Assembly (NCBI GenBank): GCA_010909165.1
Contig: VJWM01000314.1
Coordinates: 1 to 64,000 of the forward strand
DNA from: Anthoceros angustus
Taxonomy: Eukaryota; Plantae; Anthocerotophyta
Direction: 5' to 3'
DNA length: 64,000 bases
Shown in pieces: positions 12,500 to 23,900 of the stretch (its first letter is position 1; every line of letters starts with the position of its first letter). A model generated the notes under the pieces. That model did not search any database. It was not told the origin of the DNA and was given only the letters and a program-made list of their open reading frames with translations. A program made the translations under genes and the position numbers.

Positions 12500-13400
12500 G
12501 AAGGTCATCTCCATATATTTCACCAAGAGAGTTGCGAGCGACACGGAGGAATCAAGCTGCGAGAAAGAAGTAAAGGAAACGCTCGAGGGGAGGAAGAGGA
12601 TTTTGTGCCTTCACCGACGCACTTGAAGAAGAAGATTTTGCACTTCACGGTGAAGGTGAAGAGTTGGAAGAACCAAGAAGGAAACAAGGTGATCCGAAGT
12701 GCGGGTGCGACATTGGAAGACGATTCTACGGAAGTCCCGAAGGCAATCGACGGTACCCTCCGAGGAGACACGTTGCGAGTGTACCAGCGGAAGGTCGCGG
12801 CACGTTCGCTGATGAAGCAGAACCGGTGGTGTCCGGTTCGTCGATCGATCGATGTTGGGAAGCGGCGCAAGGGGTGCAACACCGGACGATCGGCGTGCCC
12901 AACATGAGTGGAGTCGGCGAGGAGGCACCACGGTAGGAGGTGGCTCATTGCACCACATAGTCGGCAATGTGAAGTTTGGAGACAAGAAGAAGGGAGGCGC
13001 AGGCTTTTATTCCGCGTTTGAGCATGTCTCTCATGCTAATTTAGAGGATTATTGACGGACCGTTTGCGAATTTTTCGGGTTTGTTAAGAGGACACGCTGT
13101 GATGGTACGATGGGACGTATGGGGATGCTGCCAAATCAATTTGGGAAGACTTCAAATCGAGTTCCTAACAAGGTTTAGAGGTTGAGTCACGGACATCATA
13201 CATTGGCGAGATTGAGGACTCTCCAGAGGAGAAAATATTTGTGATTCGTGGAGAGGTTCTCACTACTTGGATCGCGTTCCAAGGTGTAGACCGATTGTTC
13301 GAGGAGGTCCTACCACGATGGGCTATTCAGATGAGCGTGCGCGTTAGAATTGGTTTTGTAAGTGGGTTGCCCAACCGTATTATCGTAAACTTCGTGTCGT
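12500..13400 (+). pseudogene. gag: gag relic (Retrotrans_gag-like), truncated
   Basis: NMSGVG..VKFGDKKKG..AFEHVSHANLED matches NMSGVGGGG..VKFGEKKKG..TFEHVSHANLED at about 40740-40882 (-). Followed by WEDFK..FLTRFRG, TLARLRTLQ and WFCKW-like segments. Confidence 0.8.
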
Positions 13401-13832
13401 GAGACACCCGTGAGGTCCACATTTACCCTCAATGTCGCTTGTAGTCACAGGATTCGCTCCCAAGGGAATGGTTTGTGCCAAAGAGCTATCTTCTATCACT
13501 ACCAACCTTTGCCTAAGCACAGGCGCGGACGCTACCACTTCTGGCACCTATCTACTCAACTCGACTACCTCTGTCTTATCCAACTACGGATCTAACTTCC
13601 CGACGCAAATCTCGTTCCACGACCCGTTTCGAGCCACTACCACGGTGACTCTCACTACTACGGGTAGTTGACAACCACAGTGGGTCCCACACCAAACCCT
13701 AGCAACTCATCTACGCGCATGCGGATCCCATCACGGGCGGCCGCTGCTCCCGATCGGTGTTATTTGCACTCCACACTTCATGCACTCCGATTCCTAGGGA
13801 CCAAAGTTCCTAGGATACCTCATCACGCTCTC

Positions 13833-13853
13833 CACACACACACACACACACAC
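13833..13853. repeat. (CA)10 microsatellite
   Basis: Read directly from the sequence. Confidence 0.95.
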
Positions 13854-14649
13854 GGAAAGGCGCCACACCCACGATTTCCACGAAGCGTTGTTTCCTTGTG
13901 CACTTTCCCTTTGCAAGCAGGTTGAGTTTCACAAACCACACACAACTCTTCCTTAACGTCCCAACTCATCTCCTTCTCTTTCCCCATGATCTCACACCTC
14001 GCATAGCAGCATCTGACTGATCTCCCTTCACCCGATCTCTTCTCTTCTCTCTCTCTCCCTCAATTCGCGCCTTCAACCCATCCACTCAAACACTCTCGAT
14101 TTGAACACGAGGATCAAGGTGAGAAGAAGAATCCTCGCGTCACTGACGCGTTGAGCAAGCTCGAGACCCGCCCGCCAATCCTGGTTTCCTCCTCCGTTGT
14201 CGCCAAAATTGCTCCATCACCCTCCTCCCGTTGCGGAGCAAATCGACCACCCTAGGGCGTCTCGCGCACACCACCTCATCGGTCACGTCTCCAACCCACC
14301 ACGAGCGTGGGGATCTCAACCGAGTTATCTGTGGGCAAGTTGCCCTCTTATACATCGGCCGGGCGCTGTTTCCCAGTTTCTAGATCTAAAAGCTATAGGG
14401 GGCGCACCCACAATTCTAGCGATCTTAGGTCCGGTGCATCCTACCCAAATTTCATTCCTAGGATGCTACCACCTATTGCCTACGCTATCAGCGCGCCCTC
14501 CCGACTTGGCCGTCCTCCAGCCGCCGTCCTCCGTCGCCGCCCGCCACGAGGCCTCCACCTCACTTGTTGGGCGTAAGGTTTTCCCACGGGACTTCCACCT
14601 TCCACGCCACTGTGGACGGTTCCTCATCCACCCAAGCTTTGGACCTCCT

Positions 14650-16200
14650 CTTCCTTAACTCCTCCAAAGTCGCCTCCGCATAATAGGGGCCAATCCCCCA
14701 CCTCGGCGCAATGGTGTATACTTGGGTCCTCTCACTTGCGATAGGTAGGACTGATCCCTCCTATTTCCACCGCACATGGGCGGTGAAGTTAAGCACGCGT
14801 TCCCCATTCACATATAGACCCGAACACGTAAGTTTCCTCATCCATGTGCCGCAACATAATAGGACCTCTGTGAGGTGCTTACCCCCTCCTCCGTAGACTA
14901 CACACAGTTGCACGGTCCATGTCCTCGCGGGGTGCCCGCGTCGCGATCCTGTCGCCCAGCCATTGCTTGCTTCCGCTACCAGTGAGTAGTCTCCTGACGG
15001 CCGTCGTTGGTCCGGCCCACAGTAGGTGTTTGACTACCTTGGTTCTGCGTCCTTCCTTGTTAGTGCCTTCCACTACCCCGGTCGTAGTCACGCTACCTCG
15101 CTTCCCTTCTCTTTTGGTTCGACCCATGCCTCATCCCTTTCCCGTTTATACCGTTCCGGACTTATGGACCTTCTCCGAGGCGCCCCTCTGCTCACAGGCT
15201 GTAACAACTCCACGCATCTCTGGTTTGTCTGGGCATCCTTGATTTGAGCCATGGCGCTTCCTGCTTGACTTCGTCATGGCGCGGCTTCTCACAGGCCTGC
15301 AAATCCTCTGAAGCTTGGCTCTTATCTCCTCTAAGGCCGCTTGTCTTCCTCCGGTTGCTTGCGCTTGGGCCTCCTTAAATCAAACACGGCCTTCACCACT
15401 TCCTCCGCCGCCCTTGCTGAGCGGTGAGCTAGGCAGCAGTCCTAACTCGTCCGCAGGCCGGATCGCCGATGTCGGTCCGGCTCTGTAATTCCACTGCTGC
15501 GGCGGCCCCAGGCGCCATCCTCATCAGCGAGCACTTTCCTTCCCAACAAAAGTCGCACCCCTCACCAATTCGGTGCGTCCACCTCTTGTTGCCGGTGGGT
15601 CCTTGATCTCTTCCATCTTTGAGGAGGGTCCATCACGAAATTGACTAATCCACAGGGGTTGATTCCTTCGCTCCGGTCAATAAAATTGTCCTCCTCGGAT
15701 CGCGCCTCCTCTTGCCACCTCAGTCACCGTAAAATTGTCACCTTCTCCATGAAGCCCGGCCGACTTCACGGGCCCCGGCTCGGACTTTCCAATGGTCCAT
15801 GTTTGGCCATTGGTAGCATAATCTCATTGTGACTTTAAGCCATCATACCGCGTGATCCCTTGGCTTTCATGCCTCAGGCTCGGTGACACCTCGCCGTAAT
15901 TTCTGTGATCAGACTCGAGGTTCCCCCTCCGCCTGCGCGCCATCCCGCTTCGCCTTCCATTTCCTGACTTGCGACTTCAGTGAGGTCGGCCTGCCACATT
16001 CGCCTCTCGCTCTCCAAGCGATGCACACAGTCCATCTCGGAAATGCGACTCCTCGACCTCACGCTCCACGATAGTTGCGCTCCACTCCTCGCTGTCGCTC
16101 CGGCCCGCCTTCACGCTCAGCAGAAGTGAGCGCAAATATCACTTTTGGTTTCCTTAGGTTAAGTTTGACATCTGGCCCCTACCCTTTGGTTGTCTTGCCA
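14650..16200 (-). pseudogene. Possible gag C-terminus/protease relic
   Basis: Weak signals only: VYGGGG at about 14880-14900 (possibly a decayed V-D-G-G active site), an H..GCPDK knuckle-like tail near 15230, and charged low-complexity segments. Confidence 0.3.
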
Positions 16201-16549
16201 AATCCAGTGCTTGATGTTCCCAATTCGCCCTCATTCGGAGGCGGTGCTGGCAGTGCGTGCTCCTAACTCGGGCAGTTCCATCACCAAATAACACCCCCTA
16301 CCTCTTCATTATAGACCTTTAGTGGATATCGTCCTGGGCCAGGAACATAGGGTTTGACCTTTATTATCTAACCTAGGTCAAAGAACTCCGCCCAAGGACA
16401 TTTCTTTATGAATATCCTCAACTCTGCAGTCAATCGACTTATTTCACACCTCTTAGCAAAAACAAAAAAATTCACTTGAGGCTCCATTTAACGATTCCCA
16501 TTTCGAACTTTCACCCACTAAGATGGATGTTCTTTGGCCGAGAGGAGCA

Positions 16550-17900
16550 CTACTGTTAAGGACCTTGAAGTTGGTGATAGATTCACGGGTCTTGCGCCTC
16601 GAAGGCGAAGCGGAGGAGCATAGGAAGCAAGGAGTCGGATCCTCCGAGCTCTCCCTCGCCTCTCATTCTTAGCGCTTCTTCCACGGTCGCGACCGGCGAC
16701 AAGGAAGTCTTGCATGAGTCTACGGATGGTGCGCCTCGCGCCTCTGAGGAGAATGTATTCTCAGAAGATCGAAGCGAAGCGCTCCGGCCGGAAAAACGAA
16801 GGTGAGGCGCCCAAGATGGGAGCAACGCGCGTGGTGGTGGAGAGTCTAAACTTAGCGTTGAGGCTTTGACAAGAGATTGGTAGTGAGGTCAGCGGTTCGC
16901 CCCAGGCGCTAGGAGATCTCATCTTTGGCGGGAGCCGATTCAGTGTATTATTCTCTGTCACCAGGCCACTCTGAATCGAGAGTGTGTCAAAGCGCCCAGA
17001 CATGCTTAATATCCAACCGGTGAAAGCCTACACACCGGTGACTACTTGGTATGTTGATAAACTTACCAAGCCTGGCATTACGACCGCAATCAATAGACCA
17101 ACTTACCAGCAACAGTTCCTTCGAGGACTTTCGAGTCTAGACCGGTTCCACGAGGGACCTCGTGGGCGGATCCTTCTGGCGTCCAATATCATTCCTCAGG
17201 ATGTTGTTTTAGCGTGGAATGAACGGTCACTGCACGTTGTCGAACCTCGGCATGCAATGTGCCCTTCGTACAAAGGGGGCGTGGGAGATGTGCCGGTTGT
17301 CCACGTCTTGCCTATCGGCCATAGTATCACCAATCCAGCGGAGTTCACAATCCCCATCAACACGAGCTGACCATCGCGGTAGCTAACTGCGCGGTGTTGA
17401 CGGTGACGGAAGAAGAAGAACCACAAGAGGCTTTGCAGGTCTACTCGGGGATTGTGGAGAGGATATACTGAGAAGTAAGTGATGGAAAGATCTTCTTGGT
17501 GGCTAGGGTCACCCACCAGCGATCCAGCGATGAGAAGAGCGAAGGGTAGGCCAAGCCCAAAGGAAAGCATGAAGAAGAGGAAGGTCTTCAGAGATTCACC
17601 TTGTCCCACACACAAATGAGACACCTAATCCCGGTGTTGGAGGAATCCGGGCAGAAGGAGTCTCCCGGAGGTTCACAGAGGAGGTTTGAACCACCGGAGG
17701 AGGTGGAGACCTACGTTTCCACCGAGACGCCAATGAGATTCTGTGATAGGTTGGAAGATGAAGCAGGAGGTGACGGCTGATCGAAAAGGTTTCTTTTGCT
17801 GAATCTGCGGTGGTGACAGGTGGAGGCAGCGAGCCTTGAGAGGCGCCAGTGAGGAACAACCGAGAGTTGTTCGCCCTCGCTAATCTTCGGAACCGCAAGA
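16550..17900 (+). pseudogene. Possible further diverged accessory ORF relic
   Basis: TRVVVESLNLALRL*QE, then AINRPTYQQQFLRGL..PRGRILLASNII, then K/R/E-rich sequence. Motif order resembles the other accessory ORFs. Confidence 0.3.
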
Positions 17901-18004
17901 GGTTTTAGCATCAGATTTCTAGCTTATCGCTATGATCAAGAGTTTGTAGTGAGCTTGGAGCCCTCTTGGCGGTGAGTCAAGATCGAGGAAGATCGTGAAG
18001 GAGG

Positions 18005-19775
18005 CGTCTGGGGACCCCTGGTTCACACGCGATTTCGTCCCTACTTCTAAGACCAAACTTCTCCACTCGGGGCGCTCTTTTACTTGCAGTTGGGATTCGT
18101 CCCTACTTCTAAGACCAAACTTGACCTACAGCGACACAAAACAATTGCGGGTCACCTCGTGACAAGGAGCCTACCAGGCGCCCGGGGACCCCTGGTTCAC
18201 ACGCGATTTCGTCCCTACTTCTAAGACCAAACTTCTCCACTCGGGGCGCTCTTTTACTTGCAGTTGGGATTCGTCCCTACTTCTAAGACCAAACTTCTCC
18301 ACTCGGGGCGCTCTTTTACTTGCAGTTGGGATTCGTCCCTTAGGCACTTGCAGTTGGGATTCGTCCCTTAGGCTCTGCACTGTGGCCTTCCACATACAAC
18401 CTCCCTTGGGTGACCCTCTGCGGTCACCTCGTGACAAGGAGCCTACCACAGGCGCCGGGGACCCCTGGTTCACACGCGATTTCGTCCCTACTTCTAAGAC
18501 CAAACTTCTCCACTCGGGGCGCTCTTTTACTTTGTGAAATCCTCCTCCACCAGCAAGTTCTTCCTTGGGCGGTTGCTATGAGTTTGACACGGGGCGAGAA
18601 CCTCGAGTCTTTCCTGTAGTCTACCCTCAAGCCGAGAGTTCTCGGGCATTTGCCACACACCCAAAGCAAAGCAATTTCACAGCAACCATTCACAAGGGAG
18701 CAACTCGTTTAGGCACTTGCGTGAGCAAGTCCTCCACCAGCAAGTTCTTCCTTGGGCGGTTGCTATGAGTTTGACACGGGCGCCGGGGACCCCAGTTCAC
18801 ACAGCGATTTCGTCCCATGAGACTTGTGTGAAAGTTCGAGGTCTTGTGATGCCCGTCGCTACTGCTGACACACTTCTCGGCCTTCTAAACAAGCAAGGCA
18901 CCCTCTACTCTCCCTCTTCGGTGCACCACTTGCTTGAAAAATCGCCAACCTCGACCCTGGCGACACAAAACAATTGCGGGTCACCTCGTGACAAGGAGCC
19001 TACCACGGGCGCCGGGGACCCCTGGTTCACACCGCGATTTCGTCCCATGAGACTTGTGTGAAAGTTCGAGGTCTTGTGATGCCCGTCGCTACTGCGGTGA
19101 CACACTTCTCGGCCTTCTAAACAAGCAAGGCACCCTCTACTCATCTTCTCATCTCCTCATCCTCTTCCTTGGGCGGTTGCTATGAGTTTGACACGGGCGC
19201 CGGGGACCCCAGTTCACACGCGATTTCGTCCCATGAGACTTGTGTGAAAGTTCGAGGTCTTGTGATGCCCGTCGCTACTGCTGACACACTTCTCGGCCTT
19301 CTAAACAAGCAAGGCGCCCGGGGACCCCAGTTCACACAGCGATTTCGTCCCATGAGACTTGTGTGAAAGTTCGAGGTCTTGTGATGCCCGTCGCTACTGC
19401 GGTGACACACTTCTCGGCCTTCTAAACAAGCAAGGCGCCCGGGGACCCCAGTTCACAGCGATTTCGTCCCATGAGACTTGTGTGAAAGTTCGAGGTCTTG
19501 TGATGCCCGTCGCTACTGCGGTGACACACTTCTCGGCCTTCTAAACAAGCAAGGCGCCCGGGGACCCCAGTTCACAGCGATTTCGTCCCATGAGACTTGT
19601 GTGAAAGTTCGAGGTCTTGTGATGCCCGTCGCTACTGCGGTGACACACTTCTCGGCCTTCTAAACAAGCAAGGCGCCCTCTACTCATCTTCTCATCTCCT
19701 CATCCTCTTCCTCCTCCTCTTATAGGAGGCCTTCCACTAACACCTACACCTCTAATCCTCTACTCTCCCTCTTGG
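18005..19775 (-). repeat. Shuffled LTR-derived fragments, including a ~119 bp tandem array (about 19196-19680)
   Basis: The segments recur in LTR 19776-20923. The array unit GGCGCCCGGGGACCCCAGTTCAC...TTCTAAACAAGCAA occurs 4 times in tandem; identical ORFs at 19359 and 19478 are offset by 119. Confidence 0.9.
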
Positions 19776-20923
19776 TGTGGTAGGAGAATCAGGGCACTCC
19801 CAGGTCCTCCCACTATAAGCGGCCACACTTATCCCCGTCGCTTAAATGCGTTGGGTTTCGTCCCATGAGACTTGTGTGAAAGTTCGAGGTCTTGTGATGC
19901 CCGTCGCTACTGCGGTGACACACTTCTCGACCTTCTAAACAAGCAAGGCGCCCTCTACTCTCCCTCTTCGGTGCACCACTTGCCTTTGCTTGAAAAATCG
20001 CCAACCTCGACCCACAGCGACACAAAACAATTGCGGGTCACCTCGTGACAAGGAGCCTACCACGGGCGCCCGGGGACCCCTGGTTCACACGCGATTTCGT
20101 CCCTACTTCTAAGACCAAACTTGACCTACAACGACACAACACAATTGCGGGTCACCTCGTGACAAGGAGCCTACCACGGGCGCCGGGGACCCCAGTTCAC
20201 ACCGATTTCGTCCCTACTTCTAAGACCAAACTTCTCCACTCGGGGCGCTCTTTTACTTGCAGTTGGGATTCGTCCCTTAGGCTCTGCACATGGCCTTCCA
20301 CTAACACCTACACCTCTAATCCTCTACTCATCTTCTCATCTCCTCATCCTCTTCCTCCTAGTCTAACCTCGATTCGGGCTTCTTGGTTTCGACTCGCCCT
20401 TACAGCTGGCACAGGGTCCGCCTCCACCAGCAAGTTCTTCCTTGGGCGGTTGCTATGAGTTTGACACGGGGCGAGAACCTCGAGTCTTTCACTGTAGTCT
20501 ACCCTCAAGCCGAGTTCTCAGGCATTTGCCACACACCCAAAGCAAAGCAATTTCACAGCAACCATTCACAAGGGAGCAACTCGTTTAGGCACTTGCGAGC
20601 AAGTCCTCCACCAAGCACTCACCACCGCGACTTCCTCTCTGCAGACTGTTGGCTCACGGCCACGAAATTCCTCTGTAATGGCAAAGGACTCGATGAGCGT
20701 GGGCGCAAGACATGATACTTTACTTTGTGAAATCCTCCTCCTCTTATAGGAGGCCTTCCACATACAACCTCCCTTGGGTGACCCTCTGCGGTCACCTTTT
20801 CCAATATTCTATTATTTCCTACATGACATTTAATGTCGGCACCTAAGTCTATTATGCATTTCCTTGGTAAATTCTATTCTAGTAACTTCACCTAAGACCA
20901 TCCTTGAAGGATGTCGATCTACA
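19776..20923 (-). mobile_element. 3' LTR (~1.15 kb)
   Basis: Element-strand termini TGTAGA...ACCACA. Direct repeat of sequence in 44116-46601. Abuts the PPT. Upstream end uncertain by about 3 nt. Confidence 0.8.
20741..20752 (-). promoter_or_regulatory. LTR TATA box (CCTATAAGAG)
   Basis: About 175 bp inside the U3 end. Retained in the diverged LTR at 11467 and in the copy at about 46423. Confidence 0.6.
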
Positions 20924-20945
20924 CCACCTATCCTTCCCGTTCCCC
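20924..20945 (-). promoter_or_regulatory. Polypurine tract
   Basis: Minus strand reads GGGGAACGGGAAGGATAGGTGG immediately before TGTAG of the LTR. Confidence 0.7.
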
Positions 20946-20959
20946 AAAGCTCATTTATG

Positions 20960-23900
20960 GTCATTGACCATTCTTAGTCTTATCTTGTTGGGGTGGTGAC
21001 ATGTCCCTTGGGGATTGGCTCCCTCGCCCTCCTTTTGCTCCTGTCCCTTCCCCAGATCTTGTCGCCTTCCTAATGTGTGGGGCAAGTACAATCTTGCCCT
21101 TCCTCCATCTCCATGGGCGGCGCCTGTCTGTTATCTTCCATCGATCGCGCCCCTCCCGCGCACCTGGCGCCTTTTCTCCGGCTTCCGCTGGTCGCGCCCG
21201 TTCATCGCACCCTACGCGGTAGTGGCGGACTACGGGTGGTGACTACCATGGTAGTCGGTACCTATCTCCTTCTTCTCCTTCCTCTCCATCGGTGATGTCT
21301 CACGGGTGAGTTCCTCTTTGCTCCTTTGTTTGGTTTGTCCATACCTATCATAGAGCATGTCTTCATCTTCCCCAAAGCTCATTTATGGTCATTGACCATT
21401 CTTAGTCTTATCTCTTTGGGGTGGTGACATGTCCCTTGGGTGAGTTCCTCTTTGCTCCTTCCTCCTCCCTTATCGTGGGGCGAGAACCTCGAGTCTTTCA
21501 CTGTAGTCTACCCTCAAGCCGAGTTCTGGGCATTTGCCACACACCCAAAGCAAAGCAATTTCACAAGGAGCAACTCGTTTAGGCACTTGCGTGAGCAAGT
21601 CCTCCACCAACACTCACCACCATGACTTCCTCTCTACCGGTGTGTTGGCTCACGGCCACGAAATTCCTCTGTAATGGCAAAGGACTCGATGGCGTGGGCG
21701 CAAGACATGATACTTTACTTTGTGAAATCCTCCTCCTCTTATAGGAGGCCTTCCACATACAACCTCCCTTGGGTGACCCTCTGCGGGTCACCTTTTCCAA
21801 TTCTATTATTTCCTACATGACATTTAATGTCGGCACCTAATCTATTATGCATCCTTGGTAAATTCTATTCTAACTTCACCTAAGACCATCCTTGAAGGAT
21901 GTCGGTCTACCACCTATCCTTCCTTCTTCCCCAAAGCTCATTTATGGTCATTGACCATTCTTAGTCTTATCTCTTTGGGGTGGTGACATGGCCCTTGGGG
22001 ATTGGCTCCCTCGCCCTCCTTTTGCTCTTGCCCTTCCCGGATCTTGTCGCCTTAATGTGTGGGGCAAGTACAATCACCCCTTCCTCCATCTCCATGGGCG
22101 GCGCCTGTCTGTTATCTTCCATCGATCGCGCCCCTCCCGCGCACCTGGCGCCTTTTCTCCGGCTCCTTTGTCGCCCGTTCATCGCACCCTACCGCGGTAG
22201 TCAGCGGACTACGGGTGGTGACCTACCTACCATGGTAGTCGGTACCTATCCTTCTTCTCCTTCCTCTCCATCGGTGATGTCTTGGGTGAGTTCCTCTTTG
22301 CTCTTGCCTTCTTGTTTGGTTTGTCCATACCTATCAGAGCATGTCTTCATCTTCCCCATTCGACCATGTTGCTACTAACTCCGGGCCTTTTGCGTTGGTC
22401 TCCTCTCGGGCCCGGCTCCTCCCTTATCGTGGGGGCGGGGAACTTCTCACCCCTCCCCTTCCTCGTGGTCGGACCCGTCCTTAGTCTCCTCGGTGGGGTT
22501 GTCTCTCCCACCACCCAGCTGCTCCTCGGGGTATACTGGACCCCGGCTCCTTCATCCTCGGCCGGGCCTCCGGCTCCTTCCTCTCCATCGGTCGCGCCCG
22601 TTCATCGCACCCTACGCGGTAGTCAGCGGACTACCGTGGTAGGTGGTCAATTCTCCCACCTTGACATGGAGGTACATTCTCCTCCCCTTCCTCTCCTTCC
22701 TCCATCGGTGATGTCTGGGGTGAGTTCCTTTTGCTCCTTTGTTTGGTTTGTCCATACCTATCATAGAGCATGTCTTCATCTTCCCCAAAGCTCATTTATG
22801 GTCATTGACCATTCTTAGTCTTCATTGCTCTTGCCCTTCCTCTCCTGGCTCCTCCCTTATCGTGGGGCGAGAACCTCGAGTCTTTCACATAGTCTACCCT
22901 CAAGCCGAGTTCTCAGGCATTTGCCACACACCCAAAGCAAAGCAATTTCACGGCAACCATTCACAAGGGAGCAACTCGTTTAGGCACTTGCGTGAGCAAG
23001 TCCTCCACCAACACTCGACCACCGCGACTTCCTCTCTACAGTGTTGGCTCACGGCCACGAAATTCCTCTGTAATGGCAAAGGACTCGATGGCGTGGGCGC
23101 AAGACATGATACTTTACTTTGTGAAATCCTCCTCCTCTTATAGGAGGCCTTCCACATACAACCTCCCTTGGGTGACCCTCTGCGGTCACCTTTTCCAATT
23201 CTATTATTTCCTACACTTGACATTTAATGTCGGCACCTAAATCTATTATGCATCCTTGGTAAATTCTATTCTAGTAACTTCACCTAAGACCATCCTTGAA
23301 GGATGTCGATCTACACCACCTATCCTTCCTATTCTTCTACAGCTCATTTATGGTCATTGACCATTCTTAGTCTTATCTCTTTGGGTGGTGACATGGCCCT
23401 TGGGGATTGGCTCCCTCGCCCTCCTTTTGCTCTTGCCCTTCCCGGATCTTGTCGCCTTCCTAATGTGTGGGGCAAGTACAATCTTGCCCTTCCTCCATCT
23501 CCATGGGCGGCGCCTAAATCTGTTATCTTCCATCGCGCCCCTCCCGCGCACCTGGCGCCTTTTCTCCTCCCTCACTTCCTCTCCATCGGTCGCGCCGTTC
23601 ATCGCACCCTACGCGGTAGTGGCGGACTACGGGTGGTGACTACCTACCATGGTAGTCGGTACCTATCTCCTTCTTCTCCTTCCTCTCCATCGGTGATGTC
23701 TTGGGTGAGTTCCTCTTGCTCTTCCTTCTTGGTTTGTCCATACCTATCAGAGCATGTCTTCATCTTCCCCATTCGACCATGTTGCTACTAACTCTCCGGG
23801 CCTTTTGCGTTGGACTCCTCTCGGGCCCGGCTCCTCCCTTATCGTGGGCGGGGAACTTCTCACCCCTCCCCTTCCTCGTGGTCGGACCCGTCCTTAGTCT

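Noticed and set aside
18780-19680. CRISPR-like array
   Set aside because: Whole units repeat with no unique spacers, the sequence is LTR-derived, and there are no cas genes.
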